Source: Lingula anatina
Taxonomy: Eukaryota > Animalia > Brachiopoda
Length of the DNA: 64,000 bases
Direction: 5' to 3'
Assembly: GCA_051362555.1 (NCBI GenBank)
Contig: CM120649.1
Coordinates: 3,224,001 to 3,288,000, forward strand
A model generated the notes under the pieces. The model did not search any database. It saw only the letters and a list, made by a program, of their open reading frames with translations, and was not told where the DNA came from. Shown here piece by piece: positions 39,201 through 62,700 of this stretch (its first letter is position 1; each line of letters starts with the position of its first letter). Made by a program: the position numbers and the translations under genes.

Positions 39201-42200
39201 GGGAGAGAGACCAAAGTTGGAGCGGGCAAACATGGACGGGTCCAGTCGACTGAGTATCATTAATTTTGATATCGGGGCGTGGCCGAATGGTCTAGCAGTG
39301 GACACAGGCGGTAAGAGGGGTGATGGCTTAAATAAGTTGACCTTTGTTTACTATAAGTAGGAGAATGTGCACCACTTTAGTGTTTAAATTTCTAAAATTA
39401 TCCCGACATCATGTTTTCCGTTACAATGTTTTCACTAAAACGATGCTACTGTAGTACATGTGTGTGTCAGATATGGTGAGTAAGGATATGTTATTTGTGC
39501 CTAATACTTTTTTACGAATATTTATGGTATTTCATATCACTTTATTGACCGCGTTAAATTACTGTGAATGTACTTCCAATTGGATAACAATATGTTTAGT
39601 CATTTTCCCGACTACCAAACTCTGCCTATCTGCACTTCTATGTTCACAATCGCGCTTTTCCTTTCTTTTTGTATAGATTTTTAAAATCTTATTCCAGCGG
39701 GACAAATATACTGGGCAGACGCCCGCTTTGACAAGGTGATGACATCAAATTTATTTGGGCAGGAACCGCGATCTTTGTTCGAAGACAGCAACGCGCATTA
39801 TTTCGGTATCGCCATTGCTGGCGATTACATTTACTATTCCGATTGGAGAAAAAAGTGAGTATATATGCAAAGTTGAAATAGGAAATTGGTCAAACGTCGT
39901 TAATTGGTGAAATCGTTACCGGGACAGTATGTGGACAGTATATTGTGCATTCTTATTTTTATAGGGCAGCCAGTCTTAAGCATACTCATTTAGTTCATCC
40001 CAAACTGGAGACTTTTCATTTTTCTGTTTCGTCACAGTGTATCCACCATACTGTTAATTCAAATAATAATTTGAATACTTATTAATTTCCTAAACAGATC
40101 TGTGATGAGGATATCCAAGTATGGCAGCAGGTCGCCGACACCTGTAGGTCCAGCACTATTTAACAGGCTCAACGACATCCACGCCTACAGGAAGTCCGAG
40201 GCCATCGCAGGTGAGGTGATTTTCCTAAAATAGTACCTTGTTATTAGTGGAAATGTAAATGGTGATTGAACTGCTAAGTCTTTGGTTTGCTAATTTTTCT
40301 GGTTGGTTTGAAGCATAATTGGGTAGTACATTAACCCAACAAACACAGAACGTTTTATAACGTTACCGTTACGTTTTTTGATTATGTATACGTTATGGTT
40401 ATGTAATTACATGTATAAGTGTTGGTGTGGTGTCGGGTTTTTCTACATTTATGTAATTGTTGCGTAAGCGACATAGAAAAATGCGAAAAGTGTTTACAGG
40501 ATACATATCGGTCGTTTTGTACTAAGACTCCTTCAGTAGATACATGTAGCAATTTTATATTCGTAAATGTAAAAGGCGATTGTCTACTCATACTGTCAAA
40601 TCTTACAGGCCGCAACGCTTGTTCAGAATATAACGGTTTCTGCAGCCATCTCTGTTTGCCCGTGCTGGGAGGGAAGCAGTGCGCATGTCCAACCGGAATG
40701 TCTTTAAAGATAGATGGTTTCCATTGCCAAAACGGTAGGCCTAAGCTGTACAAGCTTTTTAGAAACAATCATGCCCCATTGTCGATTTAATTGGAAAAAT
40801 TGTGTCTCAAATAATGTCTAGTTTTTATTTACATTTTCAAAGGAGTGATAGTAAGAATTTCGTTACAGTCTGTCATTTGAAGATATTTTAGTTTTGACAG
40901 ATTCTTAAAAATTTATTAATACAGACACAGTAAATATACACATTTTGCATGTATTTCCGGTAGAATATGCTGCTATTGTTTTCGCCTGCAAAAGATCATA
41001 ATCCCAATACTAAGTGCATGTAACAACACATTTTTCTTCAATTGTACATATACAGGTAGTAGATGTGAATTAGGTATTATATTGCAAGTGGCTTTACGCC
41101 TATCTTTTAGAGCACACATAAAGAAGATATTATTCTATTAGATCTGTAGTATTGCATGTGCTTTGCTCTTCCTAGGCCACTCTATCTTTACTTACTATAC
41201 TCAACATACTACGAGATCAACTACACCGTTTACCACTCCGCGCACCACGACGCCCTTCGAGGTGATCAAGGGGTCAGTAGGACGCTGGACAACCGCTGGG
41301 GGCGTTGGCGATAACAGGTCACAAGTAGGGGGCGCTGTCGATCGATTTAAGTTAGAAAAGCGCGGGAAGACGACTGCCAGCGTGGAGAGTTCCAGTGGGG
41401 GAGGCAACGAGGAGTTGAGCATTAACGGGAGGACACCCGGGACGCGGGCGTCTACGACGAGGTCCTCAACTACGACAGTGTCACCATCCCCTACACCGCC
41501 TGCGACATCTTTGACCACTCCTTTCCTGTCAAAATCAACGACTAGCTACAGAAACAATAAGGATTCTGCAGCAACCGAAAGTACGACATTTAAGCCTGCT
41601 ACGACGTCGTCGACACTGATACCGACTGACTCCACTGAGTGGACGGATATAAAGACCGATAGACAAACTGACAGACTAACAGACAGACAAACAGACAGAC
41701 CACCACCTTGGCCGTCAGAGTCCACTGTCAGGACAGAATATACCACTGCATTTAGCATGCGTAGCACAAGTACTGCTAGCAGTAGCACTGTGCCTGCATA
41801 TGTACAAAGTAGCAGTATTATCACACAGAGCATAGTTAGTACAACTAATCCTTACACAGTAACTACAACTGCTACCAGTGTCGCTACAGGATCCTCAGTT
41901 AGTCACGTGGTTCAGCCAGTGACCCGGATGTCGTCAACTACCTCCCCTCCCAGCACGCGTCAGACGCCGAGATCTACCGCGTCCCAGTCCCGTCCAGTGC
42001 TTAACATCAGTGAAACCGCAACCTTGACTGCTCCCCCTGGCGGTCAGTTTGTTACTACAGAACTTACCAACTACTCTACAGGTATGGGCTATTATGAAAT
42101 ATTACTTTTGGTTGAGGATAAAATTTGATCCCTTTAAGATCATCATGGAAAGTCTGTACAGCGTATTTTCATTAAGTATGACCAAGTTTGTTCTAATTTT

Positions 42201-43839
42201 CACATTCAGGATTGATAAAATGTGTTTCTGCATGTCCTATGTTCGTCTTCAGATTATTTGATTTAAATTATAAAATATAATTCTATCGAATACATTTGTT
42301 AACAAGAAAACCAGTCGTTCGGCAGAGAGGTAATGTTAACTGTGCAAAACATGCAATGCATCTGTATTGTATCTATTCAGTATACAGAGTAATTGCTAGT
42401 CCTGTCCACTCATTCCAGCGAAGGGCGGCATCATTGGTCGTTTTATTTAATGTATTTTTTATTTTTCATGTTAAGTGCCAAAGCCTTCTTTTACCACAGA
42501 GCAAAATACCAAGAACAGTTCAGTGACAGTGAGTTCTTCCAAAGAGCGCACAGGTAGGTCGGTCATTTGTCTCAAGTTGAACTTGTCGAATCTCAGTGTC
42601 AGTGTATAAACAGCTTACAAAAACACATTTTCATCTTCGTCATATTATGTGATTGACATGATATTGACAAATCTTGTTTATGTTCATGTAAGAGCAAGGT
42701 CGCCCAAACACCCAGTGTGAAATAACCAGTAAAGTATGTTGCTACAGTAAAATCCTTCATTATGTTTTTGTAGATCTCGCAACAATAGGCATCATTATTG
42801 GGGCGGCGGCAGGTGGCGCCTGTGTCGTCATTATGGCGATCGTCTGCGTAGTTGTTGTTTGCAAACAAAGGTAAGATGGCATTCTAACTTGTTTTGCGAT
42901 TTTTTGCAGGTGCGTGCACGTAATTGTTTCTTGTCATGTGCTACACATTATAAACAAAGCACACGCGCATGATGCAAAAAGAAAAAAATGGATCTAAGCT
43001 TGTTTCGGCGCTGTATTCTTTCCCCTACATGTGCTAGTACTCAATCTCTCTCTTTCTCTGCATTTATCCTTTATCGTTTGTCCCCAGGTCTTCCAGAAAA
43101 CCGCGGACACAACGAAGCGGGCACGGATTGTATATTGATCAGACCAATTTTAACACGATGGAAACCTCTTTCTCAAATGGCACACGGCCGCCGTCTTCGT
43201 ACGATCCCATAGACCCTAGGCTATTTTCAACAGGTCTGTCAGTTTGTCTGTCTATATGTGCATGAATAATACTTTCTCTACTTGGGCATTTTAATTAAAC
43301 ATCTAAGTATATGCTTTATTTTCCGCTTCACATACATTCGAGTGTCTACCTGTACAGTGTGTATGTATGCTATCGTTGCTCGAATTGTCTTGTCCGCATA
43401 TTTTATTGCAGTCGTTATGGAAATGCTTACGTCGACGTACATGTACATATATTTTTAGCTCAATATTTGCATTTTGTTTATTTTTGTTTGGTAGGTGGCG
43501 TATTAGAAACGTGTACTGTGAATAACGCGACATTCTTGTATTCAAATGCTACTGAAATCGTCACTTGGACGTTAAAGAACAGATAATACATGTATTACAA
43601 GTATTTGTATTCACTTAAGATATAAATACGAAGTACAATCTTGGAATATGTATCATGTAACTGTGACTTATTTTCCTTGTGTAGGCTTTGACAACCAAAC
43701 CTTCAGCCGCCCGTCAAGCATATCCACCTCCGAGTTCACAACGTATACAGACCCGGCCCCTCCCGAGGATAGACATCATCATTCCCATCATCCCCATCAC
43801 CACCACCAACAGGGCGGGTTCTCCACTTTTAAGGTGTAA
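29157..43839 (+). CDS. LRP-like type I membrane receptor B (multi-exon): signal peptide, 3x(YWTD beta-propeller + EGF), mucin-like Ser/Thr stalk, TM, tail
   Basis: Exons (approx.): 29157-29229 ([24 protein letters not shown]), 31879-32320, 32891-33143, 34010-34154, 34314-34427 (EGF), 34710-34985, 35252-35405, 35884-36018, 36512-36629, 36958-37111, 37457-37576 ([11 protein letters not shown]), 37742-37843, 38034-38168, 38664-38832, 39179-39310 ([19 protein letters not shown]), 39699-39854, 40098-40210, 40609-40734 (EGF), 41175-42081, 42476-42553, 42774-42870 (TM), 43088-43233, 43685-43839 (stop TAA). Propellers are LRP4/5/6-like. Confidence 0.92.
29533..29688. repeat. Local tandem duplication (~85 bp, 2 copies)
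   Basis: taagacacaggc...ttttaagt(a/t)actt...ggaa...tcttt(c/t)aagccgc occurs twice. Confidence 0.7.
30150..30227. repeat. 20-bp minisatellite, about 4 copies
   Basis: Units of ttaactgtaaaattataaaa. Confidence 0.85.
32352..32535. mobile_element. MITE-like element, family 3, copy a (~48-bp TIRs)
   Basis: Left gagcgcatacagaacagcggactaactgatccgaggatcaaatatggc; reverse complement of right gagcgcatttagaacagcggactaacagatccgcggattaaacatggc. Confidence 0.85.
32556..32681 (+). repeat. Dispersed repeat, copy b
   Basis: agttggctgtttataatcactttggttggtta...gcgaatccaaaatatgcaa...cgagaaacagtttaattgttacggcccagaggc. Confidence 0.75.
41175..42081 (+). CDS. Mucin-like Ser/Thr/Pro-rich stalk exon of receptor B (~300 aa)
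   Basis: Single long open exon (cttcctag|GC ... ACA G|gtatgg), very Thr/Ser-rich and cysteine-free. Confidence 0.88.
42774..42870 (+). CDS. Transmembrane exon of receptor B
   Basis: [32 protein letters not shown]; flanked by ttgtag and gtaaga. Confidence 0.88.
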
Positions 43840-44829
43840 ATTCGGAACTCGGGAGACTCACAGGGAGGCAAAGTTTTCGTATTGAAATGTTTCATTTTTC
43901 AATTTAGCCAATTGTGCAAATAAGTATAAAAGGTATAGTTTTTTAAATGTTTTATAGCAAAATAATTGTGTATAAACCTCCAAGTTTAAACACGAAATTA
44001 GCACTGTTGTGAAAAATGCACAGAAACTTCAGATCAGATTGCTCATAACCTTTGTTTATAAAGATCGACAAGTTTTTCATGCAGAAAGATGAAAAAATTT
44101 GGAAAACGCGTTTATAATAAATGACTAAATTAATCATTTAATCATCTGAATAAGCAGCACTTATTTGGGTGATAAAGACTAAAGGATGACTTGATTAGAA
44201 TCCATTATATTGAATGTTTCTTGTCCCTAAGTGACTAGCAGCCTTTAAGTATGACTTTCGAAAGTGCACTTTTTGTTTTAATAAAATTGAATAAAAAGTA
44301 TACGTTACTTGACTTATCAATCATATATAGTGATAATTTGGAGAAGTTGAACAATAAATGATATTTTCCACATATTTTTTAATTAGTCAATTTCGTCTGA
44401 ATGATGGAAAGTGCGTTTTTACGACAGACTGCAAATACATGTAGCTCTGTCACAATAATTATCCACGTAAAATTAAATTTTATAAAAATGATTAAACAAC
44501 AGTAATAGAAATATTGTGTGGATTTTATTTCATTTTGTCACTTCTGAAGTATCAGATTTGGAATTAATAAGCGTTGTGTATACAAGCGTATAGAAATCTG
44601 TCTGTGTTCACTACGTCCTTAAGAGCTAAGCCATAAGATAGATATAATATAAAATTAAAGAATATTGCAGTTTCAAGAGAGTTAAGACATCCAAGGAACG
44701 AGGTACGTCGAGTACGTTGCTAATTCTGGTATTTTGTCTCTTTTCAACACAATACACTTGAAATGATTTATGAGTAAATGCATATCTTTGGTTTAGAGGT
44801 TGATTGGTGCCATTACGGAATGTTTTGTG

Positions 44830-44871
44830 TCACGTGCTCGTGGTGAAATGCATATTGTCCAGGAGCGCCAC
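44830..44871 (-). pseudogene. Degenerate duplicate of the GH31 terminal exon
   Basis: ag|GTG GCG CTC CTG GAC AAT ATG CAT TTC... = VALLDNMHFTTST*, versus the true last exon VALLENLHLPIDTNHTITWS*; shared 17-mer tccaggagcgccaccta. Confidence 0.55.
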
Positions 44872-44891
44872 CTATCGTCCGACTCCAAAAC

Positions 44892-56651
<11,760 letters not shown>

Positions 56652-58403
56652 GCTTTGGCACGGGTGTACTAGTACAACAAATAGTAGTGGTGTACTACCA
56701 GAACTCTGAGAGTAAAACTTGTTTGACTTTAGACCTGGGTAAATAGATAAATATTTCAGTTATGCTGGATTGTGAGCTAAAGCACAAAAATAAAGGAAAA
56801 CATTCGATTTTTTTTTACTTTTCCACAATAACAGTAAGTCAAGCTGTCAAAATTGTACTGGAGAGATAAACATTTTTACATTAATCGCTACCATGTTTAC
56901 TGTGGACAGGTTTAGAACTCAATCGATGGTAAGCAAAAAGTGAATCCCACACCGGACACTCACATACAGTACCAGATGGTTTGAGCCTAGCTGACAGTTT
57001 TACTATTTCCCACTGACTCCATCAGAGATTTAAACTATTGGTAATTGGCACTTTGGGCCAGCCATGGGGCCTCATACCATATCTACCGTATGTAAGTGAT
57101 CAGTAGGGAAATTTCATTTTCATTCTGTATATTAATTATAACAACTGAGCTGTGACACTTTATGAACTACATGTAAACATCATTAATACTTTTTTCTGCA
57201 AAACTTCAAGTTCCTTGTGCACAATAGTCGGCCTCTATACGTGTAAGTGATCCCCCATTAAAGTAATCTGTCGCAGAAATTTAGTTCTGACTTAGCATCG
57301 AAGCATACAGGGTCCAAGCCAATACCCCAGAGGTCCTAGTATAGGCACGCTGTCCTCTACTTATAACATGTCGACTTATCCTCTGTATCAATGCAGGCGT
57401 TTATCCCAGCACCCCCCACTAATATACATGTATTTACTGATCTCATATAATCTCTTACAGTTATTGGTTCAGATGGTTGTATTTCAGATTATCCTATAGT
57501 ACTGGATACACTGGTTAAAGTCAGATAAGGAACAACCGCAAGGTGGCAGCTACTGCCCATATCACACGACCGGCTCACACGAAGGCTCGTATGCTGAGCT
57601 ACGTACCGGCTGCCTACAGCAAGATGGATTTTCACCTTCAGGTGACGTTTCCTTAGGAAGTAAATCCAAAGCCCACGTATTCTAGATTAGCGTATATATC
57701 TGGTGTTTGAAATGAATTATTTAAATGCTTTGGTGAAAGATAAACGGTCACTTTACACGATAATAACTTTAATATACATATTTTTTTCGTTTGCACTGCC
57801 GTCCGTTTATACGTCTGTCCATGAAGTGATCTTTGATTGTGAATCAGTAATATTCCAAAGATGTTTACTGCCAGAAGATATTATTATTATTCCCCACAGG
57901 TATAAAATGAAGTCAAAGATAGACGACATTTATTCGCGTAACTTTCATCTCTGTAATTAGCGCTTGTTTTCACGATGTATGCAAGCATTTCATAACCTGT
58001 ATCAGTCGTTTTCTCATAAAATATATCTGATCTCAAGTTCCAATAGTTTACCCTTATTAGATATTATGTATACTTAAAAAGCAGTGTGATTTGACTGTGT
58101 CTGACGGTTATCAAACCACATTTAAGCTTAACTTCCATTAAAAATTCAAACATTGTAAGCATTTTTCTGATTCGTTTTATTTCAGCACTTAGAAGCAAAA
58201 GCAACAACAATATACATAACGCAACCAACTTAATTACTAACTTGGACTACATAAAGCACATAATAGACCATGGTTTCAAGTTGTAATTTAGGACATACCA
58301 TTGTGGAATTTGAGATACGAGGTGATAACATACATGTACGTATATTACCAGTACACTAGTAGAACTCACACTTTTCACAAACACACTAAAAAGGATTTTA
58401 AGT

Positions 58404-58605
58404 TATGGTTTGGAACCATGATATATTAAGTGATATGACATACTATATAGTAAAGATGGTAACTCTATAGCTTATAAAGATATTTATCTCATAAAGATAA
58501 AAAAGAACTTACGCGATTAAACACATTTATGGTTTGGAACCATGATGTATAAAGAGTCATAACGTACTATATTGCAAATCTATAGCATTTCACATTAAGA
58601 TAAAT
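58404..58605. repeat. Local tandem duplication (~123 bp period)
   Basis: ttatggtttggaaccatgat...tactatat...tctatagc...cat(a/t)aagataa occurs twice. Confidence 0.7.
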
Positions 58606-59713
58606 AACACATATACGATTAAAAAAAGGAATGGTTTATAGCATATGAATCGTATCCTTAAAAAGCAGGACATATGCATTATATATAAGAAAGATATATA
58701 AAAATACATTGCTTTTTCTACTAGTCAGTAAGTGCACAACTTTTGAAACCATAAACCTTTTTGGAAAACGATTACATAATATGAATTTTTGTCACCGACA
58801 ACAAAACTGAACAGAAACAAACGAGAAAACAGATATTTGCTTTCTGCATTCAATACCAAGTTCACAGTGGTATGAAAACGTACGGCAAATAATAAATAAA
58901 TAATAAATAAATAAATTAAAGTTCACTTTATGAAATTACAGCTATGATACCCAGCAGAATCAGTGGAAGTTCTACTCCTACACTAAGCATGATATCACAA
59001 ACAAAACCTTTGTTGATATTTAAGCATTAAGCGTAGAATTTACAGCATAATAAATGTGTAGTCTAATAGTTCAGGTTGAATTGACAAAACCTGTGGTGAA
59101 CCTGTCAAAATGGCAACTTATTTATTACACTGAAGCTTCTCAGAAAACACAGAACGTTTTATTACGTTTTTATAAAACAAATTATAAAAAAGAGAAAAAA
59201 ATCATGGTAACGTCCTGGGAATGATATTAAACGTTTTGTATTTGCTCGAGATACTAAAATCCCAAGGAATCCCAAATGGGAAAAATGATATATCCAAAAT
59301 GGCCGCCAATTTTCGTAGACACATGTATATATATTAGTACACAGTTTTCTATTAAAAAAGTCATCAGTAACCATATCATTGATTGAGTGGCTAAAATGAA
59401 ATTTAGGAATAAGAATGAAGAATACGGTGTGACACGTGTTAAGAGGAGTACTGAATATGAAGTAGTTATAAGGAGATCTCCCCCGTACATATAAACACAA
59501 TCAGTGGGCCTGGCATTGGAATGAATACAAAATGTACAAGAAGACCGGGACATCACTCGAGCAGTTTCACAAAATAATTGTACAAAGAGTTCAAGGAATG
59601 AAACAACCATTTATTTAATCAAATATACTCTGGTGTAATTTTAAGATCATTTGAGACATCAAGCCTTATATATGCCAGTTACATAAAACCACGTTACGTC
59701 GACTGACATCCAT

Positions 59714-62700
59714 TTATTGGCTCTGAAGACGAAGTTTATCTGTCAATTTCCGGACTTCGTCTCGTAAAACCTCGTTCTCGTCTCGCAAAATCCCGTTCTC
59801 TTGTCGAAGTTGGCCATACGTGGGGATTACTTTTGGCCCTGTTTTAATGGAAGATAAGCATATAGTATATATGCATGTGTAAATGTAAAACAATATCACA
59901 AATATTCTCTGTTGTCAATAAGTGTCGATCAATATAGAAACATGATATTCCATCTAAATGGCTGGTTTAAAATACGTAGAATAAATTTAGCATTTATAAA
60001 TTATCTATCTTATATACGAAGAAATGGCTTAACATATATATATCCATCTATGTTAAAATCTATAATACTGGGTATAAGGCCCTTACAACAAAAGATACAG
60101 CAAAATTAAAAAAAAAAAAAAAAACTTCAATACCTTTTATAACTGCCAAAATCTTTGAAACGAGCTCTTGATCATCGAAAAAGAAATGTTTCCAGTTGCG
60201 TAATCCATCAGGAATTTCCTCTGGCGTTATGTTCATAACAACAGGGATGACGCCATGCTCTTTCTCTGTGGCATTCCGTATGATATTCTCCATCTCGAAT
60301 TTGCACCGACCACTCTGGATAAAACTCTTGGACAGGAACAAGATGGAAAACATAGATGCACTAATCGCCTCAACAGTTTCATAAATCACATATGTTCCAG
60401 GAATGAGGTCTTCTTTGTCGTACCAACACTGGATCCCGCTTTCTTTTAGCTGGAGCAGGACTGGTTCTATAGTGGACTCATCCTCTTCACTGTGCGCAAT
60501 GAACGCGTCCTGGCGGTATTGATCCAATGGTAAACTGTGAACATGAAGGATACATGTGTATTATGACAGAAAATGCATACATGCTTGCAGATAAACACAC
60601 GTGCGTACAAGTACATGCACATGTATGTAAACAACCGGAGGGCGCACAAGCAATTGAGAAAAGTACCCTGTATTCTAAAATGTGTGTGGGTGTGTGTGTG
60701 CGTGATATACCTGTATATTCATTAATGCCTAGCTTAACGCAACGATTTCCCATATATACCAGAAAAAAATAATCGAAGAAAAAACGTTGATATTCCAACA
60801 CCTCACGCCATGGCGAAACTTCACTCACCTTGTACCTTTAAGACCACGGGTCGTTGAACTTGGTGTGTGCTGGTGCATGTACTTTGCAGTGGTCAGGGTT
60901 CTACAGAGTGTTTCAAATTCATCGGGGGACATGTTTGAGATATTCGTTACCACCTGAGTATAATACTCTACTGCCGCACCTGTTACAAATAAAAATTAAT
61001 AGATCTTAAATATAGTGAGATGCAGACACTGGGTCTGATGTGTTTTTCATACTCAGTCAGTTAATTAAAAAATGTGAAGCAGGCAATTGGTCGTTTTAGT
61101 GTACATGTTAACAGCGCATATAAATACATATTTACATTAGTTTACTGCCATCTTTGTAGACATATCTTGGCCAAATAAATATTACAATTCACTGGGCAAA
61201 AAAAAAAATAAATAAAATAATAAATAAATAGATTAATAAATAAGTACGGCAAAAAGAGAAATTCCTTGATACAGCCACACATCCATGTATATAGAGGTAT
61301 ACATTTTATCTATATTTTACCCTTATCTTTTCTATTTATCCCCAATCTTACAGTTCGATTTCTGTTGCATCGAGATCATGCAATAAGATGATTTTTATAA
61401 CATCGAAATAATAGCGGTTTACTTTAGTGGATTACTTACGGGACAGACGCGGAAGGTTTGCAGCCAGTAGCCCATCCCTTATATCTTTAATAGTGGTGTG
61501 ATTGTTCATGGCAAGCCAATCTTTCACTCCTAGAATTTTTCTGATTTGAAGCAGATCAGGAAAGTTCGGGTCTAAGTTGGTCAGGTTAAATATGCCATAT
61601 TCTTCAGGGCCTAATATTTCAGCAAGGTGCTCTAAAGTTCTGGTATGAATGTACAGCTGTAAGGAATTAACAAGGCTATTTTGTAGGTACCAGTATAAGG
61701 TGAATACAGATACATGTATACTACATATATCAAGACACCCGTATGCAGTTATGCCAATAAATATAGCCCCCAACGCGCTGTACTCTGGGGCTCTGCCTAA
61801 ATTTCAATATATTCCTTGTATATTAATTCACGAATCAAATATTTCCATGAGATATCTTTAAAGGAATGTAACACAAGATGTTCAAAAACACCAAAAAAAT
61901 TACGTACACAACAGTCCTACAAAATTAGCAACTACAAACGATTCTCCAATATGAAAAAAATTACTATTAAAGCTCAATGCATCATAATCCAATGTGCGTT
62001 TAACAATTTCTCACTGGTACATATACCTGTATGTCATGTATTTCAAAACGCCTCAGCAGTTCAACTACGGCAGTGCACTCTCTTTCTTCTGTCAACATTC
62101 TTGGTGTCTTTTTCGCCTACGATATATATAAAGAAATTATTATGAACTATAGGGGACAAAATTGAAACCGCTTTATACAGACCGGTGAAAAGTGTTTTCC
62201 AGCACTCCCCTAATTTTAAAGATACACCATCCTTGTACATACCTAGAGATGTTACGGTATGTGACCATGGCAATATACTGCTTATTTGCCCTAAAGTGTG
62301 TTTCAGAGTGAAATGCCAGGTCTTTCTCTCAATGTCACATAATGTGCTGCGACTTTAATGAGGTGTTCTGGCATATATCGCTAGGATGACAGTGTGTTAT
62401 CTCAAATACATACTATTCAATTAAATACATATGCATGACTTACAGTGTGTTGCTAAAATACTTTAACATGAAATGCTTTTTCATGTACATCAATACAAGT
62501 AATGAACTACAAACTAAAGAATAATGCGATAAAGAAATAATTGTTTTATGTGACTCGAGAAAATAAAGCGGAGCCACGTTATAATATATATTTCGACAAT
62601 TCTACACTCACTTCATCCTGTATACTGGTATCCGCCCCGTGTTGGAGGAGAAGCTGGACACATTGTGTACAGCCGCTATATGCAGCCAAGTGAAGTGGCG

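Noticed and set aside
6886-43839. Assigning the symbols LRP4, LRP5/6, LRP1 or LRP2
   Set aside because: Three propellers, no LDL-A repeats, no PPPSP motifs and non-canonical stalks; orthology cannot be supported from sequence alone.
43840-44891. Possible antisense overlap of convergent 3' UTRs (receptor B and GH31)
   Set aside because: AATAAA at ~44280-44295 (+) and ~44524-44529 (-) allow both transcripts to end without overlap; no evidence for overlap.
57040-57425. Possible SINE-like sequence upstream of GH31 (similar hints at ~3400-3495 and ~24250-24380)
   Set aside because: No clear pol III A/B boxes, boundaries or second copy in the window; needs a repeat-library search.
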